A DNA stretch of 64,000 bases from Bugula neritina (GCA_964035545.1 CAXIUT010000064.1:1-64000); one strand, 5' to 3'. Positions 38,087-51,399 are shown, counted from the stretch's first letter. Translations and numbers: made by a program. The notes: generated from the letters alone by a model not told the origin.

Positions 38087-38328
38087 TTAACTTTAAAATA
38101 AAATCACTTTTTATAGAAAATATCTTTTAAATTAATAGCTCTAGAAGCTTTAGAAAAATAAAATTGTAAGAAGTCTTTATTGCTCAGTAAAAAAAAAATA
38201 CTTTTTTTCTTTTTTACATAAAACGCTTTAATTATTTTATATATAATATAACTATTTAAGTTATAATTTTTTTTTTTTTTATATATAAATACATTGGAAA
38301 ATAAAATATATTTGCTTATTAATAACAA
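38077..38328 (-). CDS. Hypothetical basic protein
   Basis: TTG to TAA ORF overlapping the ymf70 start; no recognised motif. Confidence 0.4.
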
Positions 38329-38567
38329 CTACATTAGATATATATATATATATATATTTTAATTATAATATAGAGTGCTGTATAGGTTATAAACTTAGCA
38401 TATAAATCGTATAAATTTGTATAATAATCAATATCTTTAGTATTTATAGTTACACTAGCAATAATTTATAATTATTAATAAAATTATGTGTGTGTGATAA
38501 AAATTTTTTATTAATTATATTTTGTATTATTGTAAAACTTTATAAAACTATAATTTTTTTCTAACAA

Positions 38568-38822
38568 CTATATTAATGTTAAAATAAATAATTGGTTTAT
38601 AATATTTAAAATAATAAAAATTAAAATAAAATTATTATAAAAACTATAATTAAATTTAAATAATTTTATTTTCATTTTTTTTATTAAATGTAAATAAATA
38701 TGTATACAATTAATTTGCTTAATTGAAAAGTATTGATTATTTTTTAAAAAAAATAAATTTAAAAAAAATTTATATGTTGGTCTATTTAATAAATTATCGT
38801 AAAAATTTAAAAAAAATTTCAT
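38568..38822 (-). CDS. Hypothetical protein (84 aa)
   Basis: ATG 5 nt after the rpl14 stop; TAG stop. Confidence 0.5.
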   Translation of the reverse strand: MKFFLNFYDNLLNRPTYKFFLNLFFLKNNQYFSIKQINCIHIYLHLIKKMKIKLFKFNYSFYNNFILIFIILNIINQLFILTLI

Positions 38823-38827
38823 TTATA

Positions 38828-39187
38828 TTAAAAAATACATCTATAAGCAATTTTAAACTTTTTTATTTTTAATTGTTTACTAGTAGGACCGTATAACTCT
38901 TTACCTCTAGAATTCATTCTTTTTTTCAATAAAACTAATGCATTGTCAAAAAAATTATAATATTTTCCTTTCTTTATATAAATTATATGTTTAGATCTTA
39001 CTACTATAGCTCTACTTTTTTTTTTTTTTATTCTATTTAATGATACTTTTGTATTTCTTACAACTACTCTTAAAAATCTACCAATTTTAGCATGTTTAAG
39101 TGTGCTACACTTTCTAGTTTGAATTGTTTTTACCAATAATATACCACTTGAATCACTTGGAACAGAAAAAGTATTTTTTTGAAACAT
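38828..39187 (-). CDS. rpl14: Ribosomal protein L14
   Basis: DSSG...AIVVRSK...FFDNALVLL...LYGP. Confidence 0.95.
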   Translation of the reverse strand: MFQKNTFSVPSDSSGILLVKTIQTRKCSTLKHAKIGRFLRVVVRNTKVSLNRIKKKKSRAIVVRSKHIIYIKKGKYYNFFDNALVLLKKRMNSRGKELYGPTSKQLKIKKFKIAYRCIF

Positions 39188-39197
39188 TTATTTTTTT

Positions 39198-39803
39198 TTA
39201 CTTAAATATTCTTATCTTCACGTTATAATTACTTTGATGTACTGAATTTTGTTTTCTTAATAAGTAAAGATTGTTTTTTTTTTTTATATTATTTTTTTGA
39301 ACTAATTTTAATGAAAAAAATAATAAAATAAAAAAAATACTAAATAATGTAATTATAAATAATGTAAAAATGGTTATTAATACTGATTTTTCAAAATAAA
39401 AGTTATAAATATACATAAAATCATTTAACATAATATTATTACTATAAAAGTTTTTATAGCTTATTATATTGAAATCAAAATAAGATAAATTAGTTATTAG
39501 TATAATATATAATATAAAGTAGTAATTAGTATTTTTTTTAAAATTATAGTAATTATACAATTGTGTATACATAACTATAAATATAAGTAGTACACTTAGC
39601 TCACATAAAATAAATAATAAGGTAACACCATCCAACTTATATCATATACTAATAGATGAAATAATACCAAAGTTTATAAATAATAAAATAAATTTCTGTC
39701 TTAAATTTATAGTAACTATAAAACTATTTAAGATGTATAAATATAAAATAAATAGTAATAAATATAGTATACTAACTGAATTTATAAATGTTTTTAATAT
39801 CAA
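39198..39803 (-). CDS. nad6: NADH dehydrogenase subunit 6 (ymf62)
   Basis: Hydrophobic, LDGVTLLFILCELSVLLIF; order nad1_a-ymf62-rpl14. Confidence 0.8.
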
Positions 39804-39868
39804 CTAATGAACAAATAACATATAAATATTGTAGATATACATATATATATATATATATATTTATTTAG

Positions 39869-40621
39869 TTAATTTCAACCATTAAAAAAAATTAAAATAT
39901 AAACAACAGAAAAACAGTATAAATGAAAATATTCTCCTAAGTAAAATAGTGCAAAAAAAAAACCTCCCATTTCAGTAGTATGTCCAGCTATTAACTCTGA
40001 TTCTGCTTCTGCTAAATCGAAAGGTATTCTACCAGTTTCTAATAAAAATGTTATGATAATTATAGGAAGTATTGGAAGGCACAGAAAGAAGCCATTTAAA
40101 AAAAAGGATTGTAAGTTTACAGATTGATAAAATGAAAATGACTCAAAAAACATTATTAAAAATATAAATATAAAATTTAAAAATATTTCTAAATTAAAAC
40201 TAATAATTATTATTCTATTAGAAGCTAAAATAGAATATTTATTTTTACTACTTCACCCTACCAAAAATAATAGTAATGTAAAAAGAATTGATAAAATACC
40301 CATAAATATAATATTATATTCAATTTCAAATAAACTTAAATTAGGACCTCAAATTAAATTAATTCAAAATAAATAACACATTATTAAAACTAAAGAGGGA
40401 AATAGTAAGAATAAAAATTTATTTAATTTTGTTAAAATATAAATATGTTTTAATAACAATTTTAATGCATCTGCAATAAACTGTAGACGGCCTTTATAGC
40501 CAATATAATTAGGTCCTACTCTTCTTTGTACTAATGAAAGAATTTTTCTTTCTATTAAGGTTATAACTGCTACTATAACAGTCAATATTAAAAATAAAAT
40601 TATATTGAATATAAAAATCAT
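39869..40621 (-). CDS. nad1_a: NADH dehydrogenase subunit 1, N-terminal part (nad1_a)
   Basis: [24 protein letters not shown] and [16 protein letters not shown]. Confidence 0.97.
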
Positions 40622-40661
40622 ATCTTATATAATTTAATATATTTTTTATTAAAAATAATTA

Positions 40662-42794
40662 TTAAATAAATACTATATTTTTAAATATTATAGTTCTAGA
40701 TTTTATAAAAGGAAGTATTGTAAGTCGATTAAAATTAACAATACTACGTGAAAATTTTAACCTAAAAAGAGTATAATCAATATATAGTCTAGGGATTAAA
40801 TTGTACAAATAAGGTATTAATTTTTTTTCTAAAGTAGATTCAAATAAAGCAGTATAAAAACAAAAAACTCCGATCATAGTAGTTAAATGTCCTACAGTAG
40901 CTAAAGATTGTCACCCTAAATACATAAGAGGAAAATCATGTAATCTTCTAGGTAACCCTGAAAATGCTAATCAGAATAAAGGTAAAAACGTCATTCATTG
41001 ACCTACAGTATAATATACTATGTGTGAAAAACTAAATAATTTTGAATACTTTAACTGTAGTAAAGAATAATAATAGTAGTAAAAACCTACAAATATACCC
41101 ATAACAACAGCTCCTGATAACATTAAATGAAAATGGGCTACTACATATAAACTATCATGCATAGAGATATTTAAACTTACATGTGATAATCACATACCTG
41201 TAAAACCTGCAACTAAAAAAAAAAATATAAAAGAAGTTATTCCATATAATATAATATTGTTCCTTATTAAACCGTTTAAAAGAGTATAAGTTCAATTAAC
41301 AACTTTTATAGTAGCGGGTAGAGAGATCATAATAGTTATAGTACTATATAGAGATCTACTTCTATGATCTAGTCCAACTAGATACATATGATGTCCCCAC
41401 ACTAAAAAACCCATGTAATTCATAACGTATATAGCTCAAATTAAATGATGTTTTGACGCAACTCTTCTTGACGATGTAGTAGGTAATACTGAGTTAATAA
41501 TTCCAAATGCTGGAATAATAAGTACATATACTTCAGGGTGTCCAAAAAATCAAAATAGATGCTGAAAAAATATAGGATCTCCACCATATGCGAAATCAAA
41601 AAATGAAGTTTTTCAATGCCTATCTGTTAATAACATTAACATAGCTGAACCTAATATTGGTGTAATTATTGATAACGTTCTTAACATTAGTAATATAGTT
41701 ATACTTATAAATGGCAATAAAACTCTTCTATTTCTTAACCCAGACATAGACAAAGCTCTTCTGGTGATTAATAAGTTTACTAAACTGATTGTTGTACTTA
41801 TTCCTGCATAATAAATTCCTAAAATTAACATATCTTGTATACCAAAACCTGTATATTCAGGATTTGACGAAAAGGGTGTTATAAAGGTTCAACCAGCAAC
41901 TGTTTGTGATGCATTAGCACATTTAATTAAAAATCTTTTTTGTCTTTTTTGAGAAATAGCATTTTTAGTTAATGATCATAAACTGTCTGATGAATTATAC
42001 AAATCTTTTCAAAATATTAGCTTATAACTATAACTATCGCTATCTTTATCAAAAATTGTTAAATCATATCTAGTTTTTTTATGTAATTGTAATTTTAAAA
42101 TTATTTTTGTTTTTTTTTCATAATATGTTTTCTGATCTATTTCATTATTATCTAAAGCTCTTTTTATTTTTTCTAGTGCTTTTTGTATTATTAAATATGG
42201 TCCCATAAAATCATAATCATTTAATAATCTTTTTATATTCATAATAATCTCATCATATTTAAATTGTTGCATATAATGATCTACTTTAGTTAAACTAGAG
42301 AAATAAGATGTACTTATTTCATTTGTTCAAAACTCTAATCTCATAGAACCCATTTTAGCTATTAATAAAAATCCACATGGTTGTATTCAAAAACCCATAT
42401 TATTTAATCTTGGATATGCAACATCTTTACTACCCACATGGTAAGGTAAAAAATAGTTAGCAAACCCTCCAAAAAAAATAGGCACTACTACGAAAAATAT
42501 CATAATTAAGGCATGGGCTGTTATTACTTGTAAATATTTTAAAGAATCTCCATTAAAGAAAGGGCTTCCAGGGTAAGCCATTTCTAATCTAATACAAGTA
42601 GCTAAATACGAACCCATTATAGCTGATATTAATGTGTAGAAGAAATATAGTAAACCTAATTTTTTATGATTTATAGTATAAAATCATTTTTTTAAACTAA
42701 ACTTTTTAAGTATTGATAACTCTTCAATAATATATATATTTAAATCTATTAATTGTTTGTTTATTTTTATTTTTAAATTTTTTATTAAATCCAG
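40662..42794 (-). CDS. cox1: Cytochrome c oxidase subunit 1 with ciliate-type insertion (start uncertain, possibly CTG)
   Basis: [24 protein letters not shown] and YVVAHFH; one frame throughout. Confidence 0.98.
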
Positions 42795-42801
42795 TTAAAT
42801 A

Positions 42802-44307
42802 TTAAATAAATTTTCATAATACCATATCATTTGAGTTAAAAAGTTTAGTAGAGTAGTTAATTATTTGGAAATAACTATAATCATTTATATTTAAAAAAAA
42901 ATAATTTTTAAAAGTTACTCAAATTTCTATTATAAATGTAATAAAAAATTTTTCATCATATTGTATATGAAATCAATAATAAGTAATTTCAAAAAATTTT
43001 TTAAATATATACTTTAATCATTGTGTTATACACAATAAGTTTAGTATATATAATATCAATAGATTTTGAACATTATAGCCTAATAATGTTATACTAATTT
43101 TTTCCAATTCAATACTTTTTATTAAAAAAAAAAATCAACTTATAAAAATAAAAATAAAATGTCAATATTTTGCAACTAAACATAAAATAAAATATTGTTG
43201 TTTAATTCTTAAATTATTTTGTTCAATCTCTAAATTTCATAATTGAGTAGATTCTTCAAAACTTCATTCGTTATCAGCAAATAAATTTAATATATATACA
43301 AATTGATACGACTCTAAGTATAGCATATAAAATATTATAAATGATATTAAAAATAGTATAATAATATTTTGATAAAAAACTAAAAAATTTAAATTAATTA
43401 ACAATATAAAACTAAAATAAATACATAAAGATAATAATATCATATTTTTATAAGAACTTTTTAACTGTATTAATAATTCTTGATTTAAATTACTATAATC
43501 AAACATATAAATAGGTTCTTGACTGCTGTTTAAGAAGTAATAGAAAAATAAAAGAAATAAAAATCCTTCTATTAATCAAAATACCATACCAGTTCGCTTT
43601 CAAAAACGCTGTATAGCTGAAGTAAACTTTCCATATCTATACTTATTTAAAAAGGAGTTAAAAGTGCTCATTAATAGATAATATACTATTAATAATATGT
43701 ATCAAAGTACAGTTTGTTTTGCTAAATCTACTTGAATATAAAATAATGAAAGAAAAAAATATATAAATGATATAATCATTGCTAATAAAATTCATTTTAC
43801 ATTAAATATTATTATATTAAAAATTTTTAATATAATTTGCTTATTTTTATATAAATAGTTGTTAAAAATTTTTAAATTAGTTTTAATACTGTGACTTCAA
43901 AGTTTCATTATTAAAAAAAAGTTTTTTGCATAACCTAAATTTTTATAATTTTCTCAATATATCTCAGTGTAAAAAATAATTATTAATAATGGTCAGTCTA
44001 TATTTGTTGATATTATTCAGTAAAAAAGAGGTTTTGGAGCTATTTTTATATTATCAAAATAATAATTATTATGAAAATTAAAAATTTTTGAATAAGAAAA
44101 TTTTTTATTCATTTCTTTTTTTAAATATAACTTATATTTTATTAATTTAATTAATTTAGTTAAAAATATCAATTCAATAAATTTTTTATATAAATTTTTA
44201 TTACTATTAACTTTTAAAAAAAAAATATTATTAGGTTTTATTACATAATTTTTAAAATTTAAATTAATTATGTATACATAGATAAGAGTGATAAATAGTT
44301 TTAACAA
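42802..44307 (-). CDS. ymf68: Ymf68 (Cox3-like)
   Basis: KYRYGKFTSAIQRFWKRT..FWLIEGFLF; order trnW-ymf68-cox1. Confidence 0.85.
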
Positions 44308-44308
44308 A

Positions 44309-44379
44309 CGAGAAAAACAGGATTCGAACCTATAATGACAGTTTTGAAGACTGTAGTTTTTCCATTAAACTATTCTCTC
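44309..44379 (-). tRNA. trnW: tRNA-Trp(UCA)
   Basis: ACAGT-CTTCAAA-ACTGT anticodon arm; consistent with TGA=Trp. Confidence 0.96.
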
Positions 44380-44387
44380 TTAATTTT

Positions 44388-44597
44388 TTAATTATAACAT
44401 GTATATACATGATTAAATAATATTTTATTTTTATATAAATTATAAACTATAATATCATAAAAAAAAAAATTATTACTAAATTGATTTGTATTTTTATAAT
44501 TAAATAGTGATATATTTTTTATCATAATTTCATTATAACAGATTAATAATAGGTTTAAATTATATAAAATTACCAATATATATAAATAATTTTTCAT
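44388..44597 (-). CDS. Hypothetical protein (69 aa)
   Basis: ATG 2 nt after the nad5 stop; fills the gap to trnW. Confidence 0.45.
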   Translation of the reverse strand: MKNYLYILVILYNLNLLLICYNEIMIKNISLFNYKNTNQFSNNFFFYDIIVYNLYKNKILFNHVYTCYN

Positions 44598-44599
44598 AA

Positions 44600-46348
44600 T
44601 TAAAATAAATAAATAAATAAATATTTAAAAATAAAATTTACAATAGTAAATCCGTATAAAAATATTATAACTTGTCTTAAAAGGGTAAACTTATAAATAA
44701 AAAAGGAGTTTTCTCTTCAATTATTTAAAATTAATATTAAAATAACCATTTTAAATAAAATATAATATATAGATATTAAATATTTTTTTAACTTTATAAA
44801 AGAAGTTAAGTATTTAATATCGTTTACTAATATTTCTGATGAATGATATCAGTAGATATAAATATCAAATACGTAATATTTTACTATAAAATAAAAAAGT
44901 AAAGAATATATATATACAGTTAAAAACGCAAAAATTTTTATAAAACTAAAATTGTATATTGATTTTTTTAACAATATATTATAGTTTTGTATAATTAATA
45001 AAATAGTATTTAACGATCCTTTTCTAAAATCAAAACAACTATAATATATTAATTTATAAACATAAACAACACTACTTAACATACCTAAAATACAAAAACC
45101 ATAGCCAATAAAATTGAAGCTAGTGGTAACTAAATATAATAAAAATACCTGTTTATATAAATAACCAAAAGTAAAAGGTAATCCACCTAAATTTATAGAA
45201 GATAATATTAATGTTGCGGTATTTAGAACATGTAATTTATTCATACCCATTAGTCTCATATCTTGAGTATTATTATACTTTATTAAAGATCCTACACAAA
45301 AAAATGTAACAGCTTTAAATAGTCCATGTAAGTATAAATAAATTATAGTTACTAAAAAATTATTTAATGCAATTGTGGTAAACATAAATCCACAATGACT
45401 AACAGTTGAGTAAGCTAATAGCTTTTTAACATCAGTTTGAGATGCTGCTACTACACCACCATAACAAGCGGTTATACTACCTCAAATGAATATTAATCAT
45501 ATTAAGTTAGTTGTTATAAATAATATTTGAAATTTTAATATCAAATAAATACCCGCTGAAACTAATGTAGCAGAATGTATTAAAGAGGATGCTGGGACTG
45601 GGGCTTCCATAGAATCTGGTAATCATAAATGACCAAATAACTGAACTGATTTAATACTACTACATACTAGTAAAAACATAGAACTAAGTAATAATAAATT
45701 GTTATTATTTTGCTTACTAAAAGAAATTAAAGTTAGTAATGTATCAACTGTATTAACCTTATATATATTACTAAGTATACAAAAAGATAACATTAAAAAT
45801 AAATCACTAAATTTATTAAAAACAAAAGCTTTATAACTGCAACTTAATGTTGTTATTTTAAATTTTCAAAAATTTATTAATAAAAAAGATGTTATCCCTA
45901 TTAACTCTCAACCTAGAATTAATGTAAAAAAATTATTACCACTAACTAAAATAATCATAGAAAATGTAAATCAATTTATTAATAGCATAAATTCTTCAGA
46001 TCTTTCTTCATATTTAAAATAGTTTAATATGTATATATTTGTAGCAAAACTAATAATATTTACTAAAAATATAAATAAAAAACTTAAAGAATTTACTTTA
46101 AAGTTAATTTCATAGTTTATATCAATTCAACTATTTGAATTAAGCTTTAGAGTCATTACTTCTATACCATAATCTATAATATAGAAAGTTCAATAATAAG
46201 AACAATATATTAAGAGCATAAAATTATTTAAAATTAATAACAATTGTATACCTTTATATGTTAAAACTTTTCTACTATTTGTAACTATTAATAAAACAAC
46301 AGAGTAAATTAAAATTATAGTGAGTAAATTAAATTTTATTATATTCAA
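44600..46348 (-). CDS. nad5: NADH dehydrogenase subunit 5
   Basis: [40 protein letters not shown] and HGLFKA motifs. Confidence 0.97.
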
Positions 46349-47418
46349 TTAACAATTTTTTTTATAGTAAAGTACTTATCCCATTTAGTTAAAAACTTAG
46401 TGGAATAAAGAAAAAAAAATAATCATACAGAAATTCCTACATATACTACTATTTGCACTATTAATAAAAATAATAGGTGTAACAAATAATAAAAATATAG
46501 TATTATAAACAATAATGAATTAATAAACAAGTAGTTAAAATTTGAAATATTTAAAAAATTACTTAATGTAATATTGTTTACAAATAAATTATTATTTAAA
46601 AAAATACTAGAGCAAAAAATACTATTATCTATAGACAAACATCACTCTAATAACTCAAAAACTCCAGAAAAAATAAATAAAAATCTTATATTCTGTACAA
46701 TAAACCTTATAAAAACAGTAGTAAAAGATAATATATCAAATATAAGTTCTTTTAAAAAATTATTGCTTGACGCAGAACCTCTTATAACTGATGAAAAAAT
46801 TATACCAAAATCAATAAATAAATTAATAGGTATAGATAAAATTAAAAACGTCATAAGAAATAAACATCCAATTGTTACTATAAAAATTTTTACTTGTGTT
46901 AATATTAAAATTATAGATGTAAAAATAAACATACTTATAGTTAAAATAAATAATATAGTAAAAAAAAAATAGTCATCAACAGGTCCAACTTCTTTTTCAG
47001 TTGAATTTAAAATAAATAATTTTACTAAATAATTTATAGTTTTTAATTGTTTTATATAACTTTCAAAATTTGTTAAAAAAAAAATTGTATATAATATAAA
47101 AAAAAAAATACTTAATTTTAAAAATATTTTTAATATGTATATGTGTGCATAATTATAATTATTAAAATTATGAACATTATTAGTATAAAAAAAATATCCC
47201 ATATTATTATCAATCAAGTTTAGATAAACAGATTCTATAAAAATGGGTGAAATATTTTTTAGTATAGTTAAATTATTATAGACGTATATATTTTTAAAAA
47301 GCTGTATATTTAATATTAAATCAAAATTATAAAAACCATAAAAAGTCTTTAAAATTAATTTATTAAAATATACACTATTAGAAACTAAGTAAAAATAATT
47401 ATCAATGCTTGAAATCAT
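46339..47418 (-). CDS. ymf66: Ymf66 (ATP synthase subunit a)
   Basis: EKEVGPVDD...FIRFIVQNIRF motif. Confidence 0.85.
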
Positions 47419-47470
47419 ACTTTATATTTAAATAACTAAGTCATACTTTATATCTAAATAACTAAATTAT

Positions 47471-47779
47471 TTAAGTATAGGTATTACTAATATTTAATGA
47501 ATTAAGTCTTTTATTTAAAAAAAATCTTGAAAACATAAAGTGTCTTGATGGAACTTTTTTACTTAAACTAAAGGGGCACAGTAGTTTCTGGGTACTTTTA
47601 AAGTAATTTAAACTATTTGTTTTACTATTATTATCTACTATAAATGTTAATCTAAATAAATATTTATTATAATGGTTTTTAAATAAACTTTTTTTTATTT
47701 TTATATCTAATTCATTTTTTAAAAAAATATATTTTAGTAGTAATTGTTTTTTTTTAAATAATTTCCTTTTAAATAACAT
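47471..47779 (-). CDS. rps14: Ribosomal protein S14
   Basis: 102 aa basic protein, LCPFSLS...FMFSRFFL. Confidence 0.75.
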   Translation of the reverse strand: MLFKRKLFKKKQLLLKYIFLKNELDIKIKKSLFKNHYNKYLFRLTFIVDNNSKTNSLNYFKSTQKLLCPFSLSKKVPSRHFMFSRFFLNKRLNSLNISNTYT

Positions 47780-47835
47780 TTAACTTGTCATTTCTATTAT
47801 ATCTTAATTAGGAATCGAGCCTAAAATATTTATTA

Positions 47836-47906
47836 TATCCTAACTAGGAATCGAACCTAGAACGACTGATTGAAAGTCAGTAATTTTGCCACTAAACTAT
47901 TAGGAC
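47836..47906 (-). tRNA. trnE: tRNA-Glu(UUC)
   Basis: ACTGA-CTTTCAA-TCAGT anticodon arm, GGTTCGATTCC T-arm. Confidence 0.93.
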
Positions 47907-47962
47907 CTACCAAAATAATTATTAAAACTAGTAATAAATATGGGTAATATGGATTAATAAAT

Positions 47963-49321
47963 TTATCAATTTATTAAATTATATTTACTATTATTTAATA
48001 TTCATGAATTTCTCACAAAAATAAATAATAAAAACCCAAATATATAAAAATAAGAGATTAATAGGGCAAAGTTACCACCTATTTTATTATAAAATCTTCC
48101 ATATGGTAAAAATGATAATGTATATAATATAGCAATAAAAAATAATGAATAACTTATTCATCACTGTAAAGATAGCTCGTAATTTACAGTATTTCAACTG
48201 CTATAAACTTTTACATGTACTTTTTTTATCCTATTACTTATAAGCGTTACAGGTATAAAATATTTTAAAAATTTACTTTTTAAAATAATATTTATTAATT
48301 GATAATAAAATAAATATATAGTATTAAAATATTTTAAATTTTCTAATTCAGAACTACCAAATAATGATACTTGAAAATATATTATTAAAAAAAAAAATAC
48401 TAAACCAAAAATTCCTACATAGTGATATGGACAAGCTATTAATCAAGCCATATAAGGTCTAAAATATCAATGAGGTGCTACTCCATAAAATCTAACATCA
48501 GTTACTAAACCAATATCTCCTCACATAAAAATTTCATAACTCAATGCTTCAGGTTCAGAATACAATAATTCTCCTGCACAACCTAAAACAATTAAAAAGT
48601 TTAATAGTAGTCTTAATTCGTTATTTAAAGTTTCATCTCATCAGTTTAGTTGTTGTTTTATACCACTATATAAACCTTTACTTTTTCAGTCATAATGCAT
48701 ATCTACTCCATGCATCAAACCTAAATAAAGTAAAAAAAATGCTATACAGTAATGTAAATACATTAATCTAATTATAGTATCTGTATTTAATAATTTATCG
48801 GTAAAAGGTCATCAATATGGTTTACCGAAAAATAGGAAAAAAGTGTGTAACGCATTAGCTGCAATTACTAAAGTAATTTCACTTAAATGAGTTGTACATA
48901 AAACTAAACCTGCAAATACTGTAAGTTGGATAATTAAAAAGGCAAAAACACCGGTTTTTCAAGAATACTCCTGTTCTAAATCAGAAATACCTAAATATAT
49001 TTTTCTAAATAAATGAAAAAAGCTACTTATAATAATTAAATCAACTCCTCTTTCATGTAATCAGAAAAAATCATCTATATAATTATTTTCACTATCTTCT
49101 TCTTCTCTACTATAAGCTATTAGCATACAGTCATTAGTTAAACTAAATGATAACATTATACCACTAATACACTGATTAGCTATTATTACAAAAGTAATAA
49201 AACCTCAAAGTGCTCATACATTATGATATGCAGTTTTTAAATTTAAAAAATATTTTAAAATATATTCCATTTTACTGTTAATAGAAACAGATTCAAACTT
49301 TTTTAAAACAGTTTCGTACAA
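47963..49321 (-). CDS. cob: Apocytochrome b (TTG 49321 or ATG 49270 start)
   Basis: WLHERG...HLFRK, VAPHWYFRPY (ciliate PEWY variant). Confidence 0.95.
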
Positions 49322-49322
49322 T

Positions 49323-49389
49323 TAGTATGGTAAGGAATCGAACCTTACGAGGTATGGGCTATGAACCCTACGGTAAACCATTACATACT
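49323..49389 (-). tRNA. trnM: tRNA-Met(CAU) with truncated D region
   Basis: GGG-TTCATAG-CCC anticodon loop, GTAAGGTTCGATTCCTTAC T-arm; an aberrant trnM is known in Tetrahymena/Paramecium. Confidence 0.85.
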
Positions 49390-49417
49390 TTAAAGATATG
49401 ATATATAATTATCTATA

Positions 49418-51343
49418 TTATTTAAATAATATCTTTTTATATTTAAACTTATTTAGTAGTATACTTTTATTATTTATAAAATTTTTATGTCTATACATTC
49501 TAGGTAAACCTTTAGTTTGTCATCATAACATAAAATGCTCAAAAGGTAATGCGCAAACTCTTATAGGCATATGGTGATGAAATCTTCCGCAAATTTCAGC
49601 ACATTGTCCATAATAAAAACCTATATTATCAATATAGAGAGAATGGTGTGTAGATCTGCCAGGTACACAGTCTATTTTTAATCCTAATCCTGGTACAAAT
49701 CATGAATGAACTACATCATAAGAATTCGTTATTAGCGTAATATTTATATGTGCAGGTAAAACTAATGTTCTTTTTGTTCTTAAAAGTCTTCGAGCTAGTG
49801 TAACAGGGATTAACTCATTTTTATATTTATTATTTTTCATTATAGTATATATATTAAAATTATTTTGATAATTATTATCTAAAAAATTATAAATATTTTT
49901 GTACGTTATATTACTATATTTAGGATTCTGTGGGAAACAAAAAGACTTCAATTTTCTATATTTTTTTTGTCTAAATCCTCAAAATTGTTCTACTTGTAAA
50001 ACTTTTTCCGTAATATTAGTATTTTTTATACTATAATTTAAAAATATATTCTTATTTAAATTTTTATTATTTTTTAAAATATATAAATTATTTTTATTTA
50101 AAATACCCTTAATAATTCTTATAGGATATTTTACATTTTTTAATCTTAAATTTTCAGCACTTTCGTGTACTGTATCTAATCTATCTAGTTCAAAAAAATT
50201 ATTTTTATTATTTTTAATTGATTTACTTAACAAATTAAAATTGTTATTATAACCTTTTATTTTAGAATTATTTAATAAAATAATATTAGGTTTTTTTGCT
50301 AATTTTGATTGTTTATCAAGATTTTTTAATATAAATTGATAAACTTTAGAAAAATATTGATCTTTTAATGTATATTTTTTAAAATTATTACTAATATTAA
50401 ATTGTAATTTTTTTTTTAAATTTATTATAAAATTATTATTAATAAATTTATTTTTTTTAATAGAAGGATTATTTTTAAATCTATAGGTTAAGTAATTTTT
50501 AGATGCTTTTGTTTTTTTTGACGAAAGCTTAAATTTTCGTAATTGTTCAGTTTTTTCTTTATAAGAATTATAATATTTTTCTAAAAAAGTTAGATTTAAA
50601 TCTTTTTTATTAAAAATATAAGACTTACAGAATTGAGATTTTTTTGAGTTATTTCATTTCTTTATATTATTTAAATATAAAGACGAATGTTTTTTAAAAA
50701 AATTTACATTATTATCAACTTTAAAGTCTTTATAAATATTAACATTTGATATTAAACTAAATTTTTTAAAATTACTATTATTAAGAGAGAATCGTTGTAA
50801 ATTTACTTTATGAAGTTGTTTAAATTCATATTCATAAATAATTGACATTAAGCTATTTGTAAAAAAATAATTAGTTGTACTTTGAAGATTACTTTTCATT
50901 CAATTATTATTTCCTACATTAATATAAATGTTATTAAGTTTATAGTTAATATCGGAACTATACTTATAGGTTCAGTATCACTGTTTACCTTGTATTCTGA
51001 CAGTAAACAAAGAAGCTTCATTTTGTCATTCAATCATACGTAGTATGAAATTTGAATTTATCAGAATATTACCGCATCAACTTAGCGGTATTAAAGCTAC
51101 CAAAAAATCACCCCATTTCCCATGACTGCGCAATGACGTATTCAAAACTACGTTCAGCTTTTCAGCTCTATTATTATAACATCTTAATATTACAAAAAAA
51201 TATAAAGATCATAAAACTGCAAATCAAAATCATCATCAATATTGTCACTGAGATAACTGTACATGTACGTCATTCTTATGTGAAGCAAAACCGATGTTGA
51301 AATTTCTATGCATAGAATAGTCTACGTATAAAGTAGATCACAA
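49418..51343 (-). CDS. cox2: Cytochrome c oxidase subunit 2 with large ciliate insertion
   Basis: MWSTL...NIGF...QWQYWWWFWF, GKQWYW, DVVHSW and GQCAEICGRFHHHMP. Confidence 0.97.
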
Positions 51344-51399
51344 GTACTTCATTAAGATTTGACTCTTTGTACTAAATACATGAAGTTTATAAAAATTAA

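Noticed and set aside
41900-42330. Intron or separate gene inside cox1 (likewise the cox2 middle, ~49750-50930)
   Set aside because: In frame with the flanks under TGA=Trp; large in-frame insertions are established features of ciliate cox1 and cox2.
30053-51300. + strand ORFs at 30053, 37279, 46574, 48544 and 51052
   Set aside because: Antisense to ymf63, nad4, ymf66, cob and cox2.
21492-51343. Widespread pseudogenisation suggested by fragmented ORFs
   Set aside because: Breaks are TGA codons at conserved Trp positions, and trnW(UCA) is present.
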